This document shows, piece after piece, positions 18,095-27,421 of a stretch of 64,000 bases of DNA. The notes beneath the pieces are model-generated. The model ran no database searches, had not been told where the DNA came from, and saw only the letters and a list, made by a program, of their open reading frames with translations. Position 1 is the stretch's first letter. Every line of letters starts with the position of its first letter. The DNA comes from an uncultured Planctomycetales bacterium. GTDB taxonomy: Bacteria; Omnitrophota; Gorgyraeia; Gygaellales; Profunditerraquicolaceae. Position numbers and translations under genes: made by a program. Location: assembly GCA_964579435.1 (NCBI GenBank), contig CAZOGI010000001.1:157907-221906 (forward strand), in the 5' to 3' direction.

Positions 18095-20008
18095 TCACCG
18101 CCTCGACTCCTTGAGATGCCGTTTGATCTGTTCGGCCAACCCCGGCGCGGACAGTCCGAAAAGGTTCAAGAGCACCTCCCGGTTCCCGCAGGGCAGAAAA
18201 GCGTCCGGGAGCCCGAAGGCCGTCACCGGCCGCTGCAGCGCCTCCTGCAGCGCGCTGCCGAAGCCGCCGGCAACGACGCCGTCTTCGGCCGAAAAAAGAA
18301 TCGGCGCGTCGGCGGCGAGCGTCTTGAGTGCATCCGCATCCAGCGGTTTGACGAACCGGCCGTTGACCACCGTTCCCCGGATCCCCTCCTGGCGCAACGC
18401 CTCGGCAGCCTTAACGGCAGGCTCGACCATGCTGCCTGCCGCAAAAAGGCAATACTCCCTGCCCTGCGTCAACGCCTCGGCCTTGCCCAGTTCCAGGGGT
18501 TCCCCCCCGAAGGAGTCCTCCGGAACCGCTGCCTTGGGATACCGCAGCGCAACCGGTCTTTTCAGGGTGAACGCGAACGCCAACATCTGCTCCATTTCGG
18601 CGCCGCTGGAGGGGACCATGACGACCATGTGGGGGATGCTGCGCAGAAATGCCAGATCGAACGCACCCTGATGGGTCGCCCCGTCCTCGCCGACCACCCC
18701 GGCGCGGTCGATGACGAAAACGACCGGCACGTTCTGCAGGGCGACGCATTCGACGATGTGGTCGTATGCCCGCTGCAGGAACGTCGAGTAGATGGCAACC
18801 ACGGGCCGCATCCCCTGCCGGGCCAGACCGCCGGCGAACGAAACGGCGTGTCCTTCGGCGATGCCGACGTCAAAAAACCGTTTCGGAAAAGCGTCGCGAA
18901 AATCGCTCAAGCCCGTGCCTTCCGGCATCGCGGCTGTAATCGCGACGATGCGCTCATCGGATCGAGCCAGGGAAACCAGCTTCTTGCCGAAAACCGCGGT
19001 GTAGCTGGGCCGCGCATCCTTCTTCGGCGGACGGGGAGCTCCCGAGGCGATCTCAAACGGCGGGGCGCTGTGGAAACGAACGGGATCTTTCTCCGCCGGG
19101 ACGTAGCCCTTGCCCTTCTTGGTGACCGCATGAAAGAGCACCGGCCCTTTGGCGGTCGCCAGGATATTGCGCAGGGTCGCAATCATCGCTGACAGATTGT
19201 GCCCGTCGAACGGCCCGAAGTAGCGGAACCCCAGCTCTTCGAAAAACATCCCCGGCACGAAAAGCCCCTTGAGCCCTTCCTCGAATTTATTCGCCAGCGC
19301 CAGCAGCCGCGACCCGCGCGGGATGCGCGCCTCAATGAAGTGATCGAGCGAATTCTTGAACCGGTTATACAGCGGCTGCGAAATGATCTTGTTGAGGTAG
19401 GTGCTCAGGGCTCCGACGTTCGGCGCGATCGAAAGCTCGTTTGTATTGAGAACCACGAGCATGTCTTTTTTCAGGTGCCCGGCGTTGTTGAGCCCTTCAA
19501 AACACAGTCCGCCGCTCAAGGAACCGTCCCCGATCACCGCCGCGACGCGGAATGCCCCCTCCGGGGGGAGCAGATCACGCGCGCAGACCAGGCCCAGCGC
19601 CAGAGAGATCGCGGTCGAGCTGTGGCCGGTCGTGAACGGATCGAACTCCGATTCATCCTTGCAGGGAAAACCTGTCAACCCCTGGTACTGGCGCAGGTTT
19701 TCAAAAGAAACGTTGCGGCCGGTGAGGATCTTATGGGCGTAGGCCTGGTGACCGACATCCCAAATAATCTTATCCCGTGGGGTATTCAGGCAATAGTGCA
19801 GCGCGATCGCCAGCTCAACCACGCCCAGGCTTGAGGCGAGATGCCCTCCGGTGCGCGCGGTCACCTGGATAATGCGCGCACGGATTTCTTCGGCAAGCAC
19901 CGGCAGCTCTTCCGGAAGGAACCGCCGCAGATCTTCGGGACCTCGTATTTTCTCAAGTATCACGGCGCACACGCTCCTGCGGTCAGGATTCGGTTTCCGG
20001 CTCTTCAA
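18095..20008 (-). CDS. dxs: 1-deoxy-D-xylulose-5-phosphate synthase
   Basis: GGHLASSLGVVELAIALHY, DVGHQAYAHKILTGR and IGDGSLSGG; 637 aa. Confidence 0.93.
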   Translation of the reverse strand: MKSRKPNPDRRSVCAVILEKIRGPEDLRRFLPEELPVLAEEIRARIIQVTARTGGHLASSLGVVELAIALHYCLNTPRDKIIWDVGHQAYAHKILTGRNVSFENLRQYQGLTGFPCKDESEFDPFTTGHSSTAISLALGLVCARDLLPPEGAFRVAAVIGDGSLSGGLCFEGLNNAGHLKKDMLVVLNTNELSIAPNVGALSTYLNKIISQPLYNRFKNSLDHFIEARIPRGSRLLALANKFEEGLKGLFVPGMFFEELGFRYFGPFDGHNLSAMIATLRNILATAKGPVLFHAVTKKGKGYVPAEKDPVRFHSAPPFEIASGAPRPPKKDARPSYTAVFGKKLVSLARSDERIVAITAAMPEGTGLSDFRDAFPKRFFDVGIAEGHAVSFAGGLARQGMRPVVAIYSTFLQRAYDHIVECVALQNVPVVFVIDRAGVVGEDGATHQGAFDLAFLRSIPHMVVMVPSSGAEMEQMLAFAFTLKRPVALRYPKAAVPEDSFGGEPLELGKAEALTQGREYCLFAAGSMVEPAVKAAEALRQEGIRGTVVNGRFVKPLDADALKTLAADAPILFSAEDGVVAGGFGSALQEALQRPVTAFGLPDAFLPCGNREVLLNLFGLSAPGLAEQIKRHLKESRR

Positions 20009-20219
20009 AAGGCGACAACTCGAACTCGCCCTTTTTATTCTTGGTCAAAACGTCGATCTTCTTGCGCGCGGCCTCCAGCTTCTGTCCGAGCTGGCGCGCC
20101 AAATCGACCCCCTCCTGATACCGCTTGAGCGCCTCATCGAGCGTCAGATCTCCCTTTTCCAAATCCTCGACGATACGCTCCAGTTTTTTGAGTGCCTCCT
20201 CGAACTTAAGCTCTGCCAT
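19983..20219 (-). CDS. xseB: Exodeoxyribonuclease VII small subunit
   Basis: FEEALKKLERIVEDLEKGDLTLDEALKRYQEG; 78 aa; sits between xseA and dxs. Confidence 0.9.
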   Translation of the reverse strand: MAELKFEEALKKLERIVEDLEKGDLTLDEALKRYQEGVDLARQLGQKLEAARKKIDVLTKNKKGEFELSPFEEPETES

Positions 20220-20255
20220 GCCCTGCCTCGCTTTGCGCTGAACCGGTGCGCATTT

Positions 20256-21596
20256 TTAATTTCCCCCGGGCTCGATCCCGGTAACCGTGCTGATAACCTC
20301 TCCCCGGGAGAGCCGCGTTCGCAGCCGCTGTCCCGGAGCGAGCGTCGCGGCATCCTTCACCACCGCGCCGGAAGGATCCTCAAAGGTAATACTGTACCCC
20401 CGCGCCAAAACCGTCAGGGGGCTGAGGCTCTGGAGTTTCGCGGTCAGGGTGGAAAATGCGGCGGCGCGCAGCGCCACCAAATGCGCTGCCTCCTGTGTCA
20501 GGCGCGTCAGGCACTGCCGCAACTGCTCCCGCGAGCGCACGACGTGCGCGCGGGGATTGACCAAAAACAGCTTTTTGAACGCCGCCTCCGCGCTCTGCCG
20601 GCGTAAGGCAAGGGCATGTTCCGCCGTCACCCCCAGGCGCCGCTTCAGATCCTGGACATCCTGTGAGCAACGCTCTATCTCTTCCCGCAGCAGGCGCCGC
20701 AGGCCCTGCAGGGCAACCCCGAGGCGCCCCGACAGATCCTCCTTCCGGGGGATCACCAGCTCCGCGGCAACCGACGGCGTCGCCGCGCGGACATCGGCGA
20801 CCAGATCGGCAATCGTCCAATCGCTCTCGTGACCGACCGCCGAGACGACGGGGATCGTCGAATCGTAGATCGCGCGGGCCACCGCTTCTTCGTTAAACGC
20901 CCACAGATCTTCGATGCTGCCCCCGCCCCGCCCGACGATCAAAACCTCGACGCGCTCGGTCGCGGGAACGGCGCGATTGTAGTCATTGAAATCCTGAATC
21001 GCCCTGACAATATCCTCTTTCGCCCCCTCTCCCTGCACACGCACGGGAGCGATAAGGACCGGAACGCTGGCGTGACGGCGCGCGCAGACCTTCAGGATAT
21101 CCCGCAGCGCAGCACCCTGTGCGGAGGTAACTACCCCTACGCGACCGGGGAGTGCCGGCAAGGCCCGTTTATGCTCCAGCGCGAACAACCCTTGAGCCTG
21201 CAGTTTCTTCTTCAGCTGCTCCAAGGCTAGTTGCAGGCTCCCGATCCCTTGCGGCTCCATCTTGGCGATGACCAGCTGGTACCGGCCATGGGGCGGGTAC
21301 ACTTCGACGGATCCGAAACAGACCACCTTTTGCCCGTCCTGCAGCTTAAACGGGATGGCGGAGGCAGCGCGGTTGAAAACCACGGCCTGCAGGAGCGCCT
21401 CGCTGTCTTTCAAAGAAAAATACCAATGTCCGGCAGCCGAGCATTTGCAATTGGAAATCTCCCCCTCCACCCATACGTCGCAAAAGGTCTGCTCCAGGAT
21501 ACTGCGGATATCGCGGGTGATCTCCGCGACCGAGTAGACGCGGCGCTCTTCTGCCGCGGGCGCAGGGGATAAAGCGACATGAGAGCGTGGGCGCAT
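20256..21596 (-). CDS. xseA: Exodeoxyribonuclease VII large subunit
   Basis: N-terminal OB fold (VWVEGEISNCK..SAAGHWYFSLKD), VGVVTS..GAALRDI and RGGGSIEDLWAFN. Confidence 0.9.
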   Translation of the reverse strand: MRPRSHVALSPAPAAEERRVYSVAEITRDIRSILEQTFCDVWVEGEISNCKCSAAGHWYFSLKDSEALLQAVVFNRAASAIPFKLQDGQKVVCFGSVEVYPPHGRYQLVIAKMEPQGIGSLQLALEQLKKKLQAQGLFALEHKRALPALPGRVGVVTSAQGAALRDILKVCARRHASVPVLIAPVRVQGEGAKEDIVRAIQDFNDYNRAVPATERVEVLIVGRGGGSIEDLWAFNEEAVARAIYDSTIPVVSAVGHESDWTIADLVADVRAATPSVAAELVIPRKEDLSGRLGVALQGLRRLLREEIERCSQDVQDLKRRLGVTAEHALALRRQSAEAAFKKLFLVNPRAHVVRSREQLRQCLTRLTQEAAHLVALRAAAFSTLTAKLQSLSPLTVLARGYSITFEDPSGAVVKDAATLAPGQRLRTRLSRGEVISTVTGIEPGGN

Positions 21597-23383
21597 CAGG
21601 GGGTCTCCCCGGGCTCAACCGCCGGCGGCGCGGCGGGGATATCTTTTCGTAAGACCAAAAGCTGGAGCGAATAGGGCAAGAGCGGCAGGAGGAGTTCCGG
21701 CTCTTTCTCCGGCTCCAGCAGCCGCGTCTCCAGCGGCTCAAAGGCCTGTTCCTGATTGGCCCCGTCTATCGCGAAACGCTGGTACTGATACCTGCCGGGG
21801 GCATTGCGCAGGCGCACGCGCAGGTGCCGGGGGTGTTCCTTTGCCTGCTCTGCCGCAGCGCGCAATTCCTGCGCCTCCTGCACGACCGTGCGCAACCGCC
21901 GGGTGAGACGGACGGTGCGCGGATTGATCGAGCCTTTGAGTAAATCTTCAAACTGCCCCGTAGAGACGAGATTCAAGAGTATCCGCCGCTCCCCTTCGCG
22001 CAATCCGGCGATCATGCGCGAGAGCAAACTGCGCACGGGATCCGGATCGATATACTGCGCGATCAGGATCGCGAAACCGTCGGGGGTCCGGGTGGGGATG
22101 ACCGTGACGAAATCGTCGTTCGTGCGCACCCCGGAGACGATCCAATTCTTCCCGAGGCGGGAGAGCATCCGCAGCGCCCCGTAAACCGCTTTTCCCTGTC
22201 CCTTGTAATCGCGACTCTGTGCGTCGTAGGAAAAAGCCCCGACGTTACGCACGACGCCGGCGGGATTCGCCTTAAAATCCTCGAGGCAGAAAAAAAGGGC
22301 GTAATCGATCCCCGCCTCGTACATCCCCTTCAGGCGCGCCGGCAGATAGCTGGCGCTGATATGGGAGGCCCCGCCGCGTTCGGACGCATCGTTGGCGCCG
22401 GCGTCGAAATTCCATTCTGAGACAATGAGAGGGGTCGTATGGTCGAATTTGAAATACCGCAGCCAGTCGCGGATCAGATAGACGGCACTACGCCGCTTGT
22501 ACACGCTCTGTTCCTGCTCTACCTTCGGATCGGTCGCGTAGGCATGCCAACTGATAAAATCGAGCGGCAGCCGGTAATGGAAACAGAACCGGATCAGTTC
22601 GTACATGAGGCTGCGCTCGGGGTTCAGCGCGGTGTTTCCGTCTATCGTCTGGAACCACCAGCTGGTGCTGGGGCCCCCAACCGGGATCTGGAGGCCGTAT
22701 TGCGCTTCCAGCTCCTTGACCGCCTCTGCAACCGCACGGTACAGGTACAGATACTCTAACTTGCTGCCGAGAAAAAAGCCGTCCAAATCCGGCGCGCTCC
22801 AAACCTCATACCAAACGGCGTAGCGTTTTTCGCAGCTTAAAAGACGGATCAACTCTTTGACCAGCGCTTTGTACGCGCGCATATCGACCGGCGGGCTTTT
22901 GGGATCAAGCACCTTGCCCAGCCCGGCCGGCGTCCCGAAAAGGCTCAAGAGGACCGTTCCTCCTCCGTCGCTGATCTCCTTGATGATCGTCTCGTAATTG
23001 CGCAACAAGGCCTGCTGTTGAGCGGGGTCCTTGGCAAGCTCATGCACCTGCCAGAGGTTATAGCGCAGACGCAGCATCCCGGCGCGGCCGATCTCGGAAA
23101 ACCAGACGTCCAAGACATGCGGGTCGGCCACCGATTTCGGCCACGCCGGGTCGGCGTGGAAACCGCGTCCGCTGATGTCGATGTTCGGCTGGAAAATCTG
23201 CGGAAGGGGCACGGGGGGCGAGGCCAAGTCAAGGGTTACCTCAACGGTCTTGGCCGCAGCATCCGGCAGCGCAGCCAGCGGCTGCGAGCGCGCGCAACAG
23301 AAACACGCCGCAAAAAAAAGCGCGGCGCATCCGCTGCCGCGCAGGCGGCGGATCAGGCACAGGGCGAAAGGTTCATGCGGCAT
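21596..23383 (-). CDS. Exported TIM-barrel glycoside-hydrolase-like protein (GH39-like)
   Basis: Start MPHEPF (ATG 23383) is followed by hydrophobic, lipobox-like AALFFAACFCCA. YEVWSAPD sits where GH39/GH5 enzymes have WNEP, and LIVSEWN resembles the nucleophile motif. The family call is tentative. Confidence 0.5.
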   Translation of the reverse strand: MPHEPFALCLIRRLRGSGCAALFFAACFCCARSQPLAALPDAAAKTVEVTLDLASPPVPLPQIFQPNIDISGRGFHADPAWPKSVADPHVLDVWFSEIGRAGMLRLRYNLWQVHELAKDPAQQQALLRNYETIIKEISDGGGTVLLSLFGTPAGLGKVLDPKSPPVDMRAYKALVKELIRLLSCEKRYAVWYEVWSAPDLDGFFLGSKLEYLYLYRAVAEAVKELEAQYGLQIPVGGPSTSWWFQTIDGNTALNPERSLMYELIRFCFHYRLPLDFISWHAYATDPKVEQEQSVYKRRSAVYLIRDWLRYFKFDHTTPLIVSEWNFDAGANDASERGGASHISASYLPARLKGMYEAGIDYALFFCLEDFKANPAGVVRNVGAFSYDAQSRDYKGQGKAVYGALRMLSRLGKNWIVSGVRTNDDFVTVIPTRTPDGFAILIAQYIDPDPVRSLLSRMIAGLREGERRILLNLVSTGQFEDLLKGSINPRTVRLTRRLRTVVQEAQELRAAAEQAKEHPRHLRVRLRNAPGRYQYQRFAIDGANQEQAFEPLETRLLEPEKEPELLLPLLPYSLQLLVLRKDIPAAPPAVEPGETP

Positions 23384-24158
23384 ATTTTTCGTGGATGCGC
23401 CGGATCTGCGTGGCTCTTCCCGTCCGCTCATCGATATCGACGAGCGCCCCGCACAAACGGACATCCCCGCTGGCAACTTCGAACCGCTTGGGCACACTGT
23501 ACAGAAAACGTTCCAGCACATCTTCGGTCCGGCGCCCGATGACCGAATCATAGGGCCCGCTCATTCCCGCATCAGTCAGATAGGCGCAGCCGCCGGGCAG
23601 AATCGTCTCGTCGGCGGTCTGGATATGGGTATGCGTGCCGATCACCGCCGAAACGGTCCCGTCGAGGAAACGGCCGAAGGCGACCTTCTCAGAGGTCGCC
23701 TCGGCGTGGATATCGACGATAATGACCGGGGATTCCTCGCGCATCTTCGTGACCGCCTCGCGGGCGCTGCGGAAGGGACACTCGATCGGCTGCATGAAAA
23801 CGCGGCCCTGCACGTTCAAAACACCGATCTTGCTGCCGCCGGGCAGCGTATACAGGCCATACCCGCGCCCGGGGACTCCGGGAGGCAGGTTGAGCGGCCG
23901 CAGGATACGCACGTCCCGCTCGATACAGTCGAATATCTCGCGCTTCTTCCAGACGTGATCGCCGGCGGTGATGACCGAAACCCCGGCATCGAAGAGCTCC
24001 GCGGCGACGTGCGGGGTGATCCCCGAGCCGCCCGCGGCGTTCTCGGCATTGGCCACGACGAAGTCGATTCCTTCGCCCTCCCGCAGGCGCGGCACCAGGT
24101 GCCTGACCGCTTCCCGGCCGGGATTCCCGACGATATCCCCGATAAAAAGGATGCGCAT
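23373..24158 (-). CDS. ymdB: YmdB-family metallophosphoesterase (2',3'-cyclic-nucleotide phosphodiesterase-like)
   Basis: MRILFIGDIVG..., ANAENAAGG, GDHVW and GTHTHIQTAD. It is directly downstream of rny, as in Bacillus. Confidence 0.85.
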   Translation of the reverse strand: MRILFIGDIVGNPGREAVRHLVPRLREGEGIDFVVANAENAAGGSGITPHVAAELFDAGVSVITAGDHVWKKREIFDCIERDVRILRPLNLPPGVPGRGYGLYTLPGGSKIGVLNVQGRVFMQPIECPFRSAREAVTKMREESPVIIVDIHAEATSEKVAFGRFLDGTVSAVIGTHTHIQTADETILPGGCAYLTDAGMSGPYDSVIGRRTEDVLERFLYSVPKRFEVASGDVRLCGALVDIDERTGRATQIRRIHEKYAA

Positions 24159-24168
24159 GGCCGCCCGT

Positions 24169-25725
24169 TTATTTTGCGTACTCGATCGAGCGCGTTTCGC
24201 GGATGACGCACACTTTTATCTGGCCCGGATACTCCATGCCTTCTTCGATCTTCTTGCGGATTTCCCGCGCCAGGTTCAGCGATTCCGCGTCGTTGAGTTT
24301 TTCCGGCTGCACGATCACCCTGATCTCGCGCCCGGCCTGAATGGCATAGGATTTCTCCACCCCTTTGAAGAGATTGGCGATCGATTCCAGTTTGTCGAGC
24401 CGCTTGATATAGGTCTCCAGCGTCTCGCGCCGCGCGCCCGGCCGGGTGGCGCTGATGGCATCCGCCGCTATCGCCAGCAAGGCAAAGATCCCCCGGCAAT
24501 CGGTCTCCTCATGATGCGCCTCGATCGCCTCGACGACTTGCGCAGGCTCGTTGTATTTGCGCGCCAGGTCCGCGCCCAGCTTCGCGTGCGTGCCTTCCAG
24601 CTGATGATCGACTGCTTTGCCGATGTCATGGAGCAGCCCGATGCGGTGCGCGATCTTGAAATCCAGGCCCAGCTCCGAGGCCATGACCCCCAGGAGGAAG
24701 GCAACTTCTTTTGAATGCTGCAGGGCGTTCTGGCCGAAACTGGTGCGGTACCTGAGCCTGCCCAACAGCTTGATCAGCTCCGGATGCAGGTTCGTCACGC
24801 CGGCTTCGAACGCCGCGCGCTCCCCTTCCTCGCGGATCTTCTCCTCCATCTCTTTCTTGGCCTTCTCGACGACTTCCTCGATGCGTCCGGGATGGATCCG
24901 CCCGTCCCCGATCAGCTTCTCCAGCGCCGTGCGCGCGATCTCGCGCCGCACCGTGTCGAACGCCGAAAGCGTCACCGCCTCAGGGGTATCGTCGATGATC
25001 ACGTCAACCCCCGTCGCCATCTCAAAGGCGCGGATATTGCGGCCTTCCCTCCCGATCACCCGTCCCTTCATTTCGTCATTCGGGAGGTTGACCACGCTGA
25101 CCGTCGACTCCACCGAATGTTCGGCAGCGCAGCGCTGGATGGCGAGGCTGATGGTCTCGCGCGCCTTCTTTTCCGCGATTTGGCGCAGCTCTTCCTCCTG
25201 GCGTTTGATCAGCACCGCTTTTTCGTTGTTCAGTTCCTCGTTGAGACGGTTCAGGAGTATCTGCTTGGCCTCCTCGGCGGAGAGAGAGGATATTTTTTGC
25301 AGGCGCTCCTTCTCTTCCCCGATCAAGGAATGCAGGTGCTGCTCTTTGGCGCGGGCCGATTCCTCCTGCTTCTTTACTTCCTCCTGCTTGACGGCAATCT
25401 CTTTTTCCTTGTTATCCAGCAAGTCCAGGCGCCGATCGATATTCTCCTCTTTCTGAGCCAGGCGACGCTCCAGGGAAGAGATTTCCTGGCGCCGCTCCTG
25501 CGTGGAACGTTCGAAGTCTTGGCGCAGCTTATAGAGGGCGTCTTTTGCCTCCAGCTCCGCCTCGCGGCGCCGGTCCTGTATTTCGCGCTTGGCCTGTTCC
25601 ATGATCTGCTGGGCCTGCGCTTCGGCATCCTTAACCTTTTTGGCTGCCACGGCCTTACGTAGAAGATATCCTCCGGCAAAGGCGGCGGCGGCAACAACGA
25701 GTGTTACCGGGATGAGATAAAGCAT
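24169..25725 (-). CDS. rny: Ribonuclease Y
   Basis: N-terminal TM helix, coiled coil, KH domain ([15 protein letters not shown]) and HD domain (LLHDIGKA). I place the start at ATG 25725 (MLYLIPV). Confidence 0.92.
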   Translation of the reverse strand: MLYLIPVTLVVAAAAFAGGYLLRKAVAAKKVKDAEAQAQQIMEQAKREIQDRRREAELEAKDALYKLRQDFERSTQERRQEISSLERRLAQKEENIDRRLDLLDNKEKEIAVKQEEVKKQEESARAKEQHLHSLIGEEKERLQKISSLSAEEAKQILLNRLNEELNNEKAVLIKRQEEELRQIAEKKARETISLAIQRCAAEHSVESTVSVVNLPNDEMKGRVIGREGRNIRAFEMATGVDVIIDDTPEAVTLSAFDTVRREIARTALEKLIGDGRIHPGRIEEVVEKAKKEMEEKIREEGERAAFEAGVTNLHPELIKLLGRLRYRTSFGQNALQHSKEVAFLLGVMASELGLDFKIAHRIGLLHDIGKAVDHQLEGTHAKLGADLARKYNEPAQVVEAIEAHHEETDCRGIFALLAIAADAISATRPGARRETLETYIKRLDKLESIANLFKGVEKSYAIQAGREIRVIVQPEKLNDAESLNLAREIRKKIEEGMEYPGQIKVCVIRETRSIEYAK

Positions 25726-25824
25726 ATTGAACAAGAACCCCCTTTTTTCAAGATAGGCGTTTTTTGAACGCACAACGGCGTGATGATGCGACGACAGGGT
25801 CCTCGGCGGGGCGGAGGGTACGGT

Positions 25825-26406
25825 TTACGCCCAGATGACGCGGTTCACCCTGACGTCTCTGGCGGTGGTAGGGACAGAAGGAAGGATTTGAAAATCGTAA
25901 GCCAGGCCCACGGTCGGTGTATCCTGCGGCAGTCGGGACAAAAAAGAGTCGTAACATCCCCTGCCGCGCCCCAACCGGTTGCCGCGACGATCAAAGGCAA
26001 TGCCCGGCACGATCACTAAGTCTATATCGCGCATGCGTAAGAAGCGCTTGGCGCGGGGCTCGGGTATTCCGTAGAGCCCTTTATGCAGCCGCGCCGTCTC
26101 ATGAAAGACACACGGCCAGACCAGGTGCGGCGTGCGCGCAACCGGGACCGCAACCCGTTTTCCCCGCAGAAACGCTTCCCGTATCATGCTCCTTGTGTCC
26201 ACTTCGCCACCGAAAGAGAGGTAAAACATCACCGTTTTTGCTTTTCTAAACGCTGTTGTCCTGAACAGCTTACCTTTTATAGTACAACTCTTTTTGGTTC
26301 GCTCTTCCTCCTTCTGAGTTTTTAACAGCGCTATAATTCTACTACGCAGAGCCTGTTTTGTCAATGCTCTCCCCGGACAGGCGGCCGGAAACAATGTCTT
26401 TTTCAT
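25825..26406 (-). CDS. ygfA: 5-formyltetrahydrofolate cyclo-ligase
   Basis: DLVIVPGIAFDRRGNRLGRGRGCYDSFL is the family signature. I place the start at ATG 26406 (MKKTLF). Confidence 0.85.
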   Translation of the reverse strand: MKKTLFPAACPGRALTKQALRSRIIALLKTQKEEERTKKSCTIKGKLFRTTAFRKAKTVMFYLSFGGEVDTRSMIREAFLRGKRVAVPVARTPHLVWPCVFHETARLHKGLYGIPEPRAKRFLRMRDIDLVIVPGIAFDRRGNRLGRGRGCYDSFLSRLPQDTPTVGLAYDFQILPSVPTTARDVRVNRVIWA

Positions 26407-26422
26407 GGAGAAAAGCCGCCTC

Positions 26423-27109
26423 TCAAGCGCTTGGGCGGGGCGCCGCTGATGCTGCGGCGCCGGCAAGATTCTTCCGGTGCGGTCGCCGCGCAACCGCATG
26501 GTCTTTCGGCGCACGAATCGCCCGGAAACGATCGAGCTTCTGTTGCCGCTGGGCCTCTTGATAAATGAGCACCCAGGCACAGTCCTGTTCTTTATCCACC
26601 TCGCACTTGCCTTTATTCATCCCCCCGCAAGGCCCGTTCAGGAGCCCCTTGGGGCAAAGGGTGACGGGACAGATCCCGCCGGTCTGCGCGAGAACGCAGG
26701 CTCCGCACAGGGAGCATTTTTCGAGGAAATTCCCCGCGGCATCGACGGTTGCCCCGAAAACGGTATCGCACCCGGGCAGTGTCGGGGCGCTGGTGCGCGC
26801 ATTGTCTTTGACCGACTGTACCCCGAGCCCGCAGGCCAGCACCAGAAGCGCCTCGGCCTGGCGCACCTGCCCCGCGGCGCGCGCCAACTCCGCTTTCACC
26901 TGGGCTGCCACGCAGGGCGCCTTGGGGATGCGCCAGCCGACCACCGTCTTTCCCGCTTTTTCAAGCTGTTCCTTCAGGAGGCGCACCGCTGCCTCGTCGC
27001 CGGTTTTACACGTGGTGGCGCACTCGCCGCACCCGACGATGAATACCCGGTCGAGACCGCGCAGCGATTCTTCAATTGCGCCAAAGGGTTGAGCGGTGGT
27101 TATTATCAT
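26423..27109 (-). CDS. Methylenetetrahydrofolate reductase C-terminal-domain-like (MetV-like) Cys-rich protein
   Basis: The Cys-rich pattern VGCGECATTC...CSLCGACVL...GGICPVTLCPKGLLNGPCGG matches the MTHFR_C family. No metF catalytic gene is adjacent. Confidence 0.7.
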   Translation of the reverse strand: MIITTAQPFGAIEESLRGLDRVFIVGCGECATTCKTGDEAAVRLLKEQLEKAGKTVVGWRIPKAPCVAAQVKAELARAAGQVRQAEALLVLACGLGVQSVKDNARTSAPTLPGCDTVFGATVDAAGNFLEKCSLCGACVLAQTGGICPVTLCPKGLLNGPCGGMNKGKCEVDKEQDCAWVLIYQEAQRQQKLDRFRAIRAPKDHAVARRPHRKNLAGAAASAAPRPSA

Positions 27110-27174
27110 GGGGGGGTCTTATCCGTAGGGGCATTGTAACACTTTTACCGGGGGGCGACAAGCAAAAACCGGGC

Positions 27175-27353
27175 AAAAAAAATCCCCGCCTGTGCCGTTG
27201 TAGCCTGGTGGGCTGTGAACCTTCCGGTTACACGTGGGTGCCCGCTCCGCAGGCACGCATGCGCCGCGGAAGAGAGGCTCCCTTTTTTTTGGTGTTGGCT
27301 CACCAATCACCAGGCTCTTGAACGAACACTGCAGGGACTCTTTTCTGCTGCAC
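27175..27353 (-). ncRNA. ssrS: Candidate 6S RNA (about 180 nt)
   Basis: It lies between a consensus sigma70 promoter and a U8 tract. Its 5' segment (27336-27308) pairs with its 3' segment (27210-27184) as a long closing stem. Both strands of the roughly 25/25-nt central bubble can form small hairpins. There is an imperfect 15-bp apical stem (27282-27236). It sits upstream of the ygfA homologue. Confidence 0.5.
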
Positions 27354-27358
27354 CTTTG

Positions 27359-27387
27359 AGTATACCACGGGGGCCCGCCTCTGTCAA
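27359..27387 (-). promoter_or_regulatory. Sigma70-type promoter driving the 6S RNA candidate
   Basis: The minus strand reads TTGACA (27387-27382), a 17-nt spacer, then TATACT (27364-27359). Confidence 0.55.
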
Positions 27388-27421
27388 ACCCGCGCTCTCC
27401 CGAACACAAAGGCGCGCCGCA

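Noticed and set aside
27196-27232. The hairpin GUGUAACC-GGAA-GGUUCAC with a GNRA tetraloop, considered as the apical domain IV of SRP (4.5S) RNA.
   Set aside because: The flanking sequence lacks the conserved SRP symmetric and asymmetric loop nucleotides (for example AGGUC...GGAAGCAGCC). The overall ~180-nt rod-plus-bubble layout and the ygfA synteny fit 6S RNA better.
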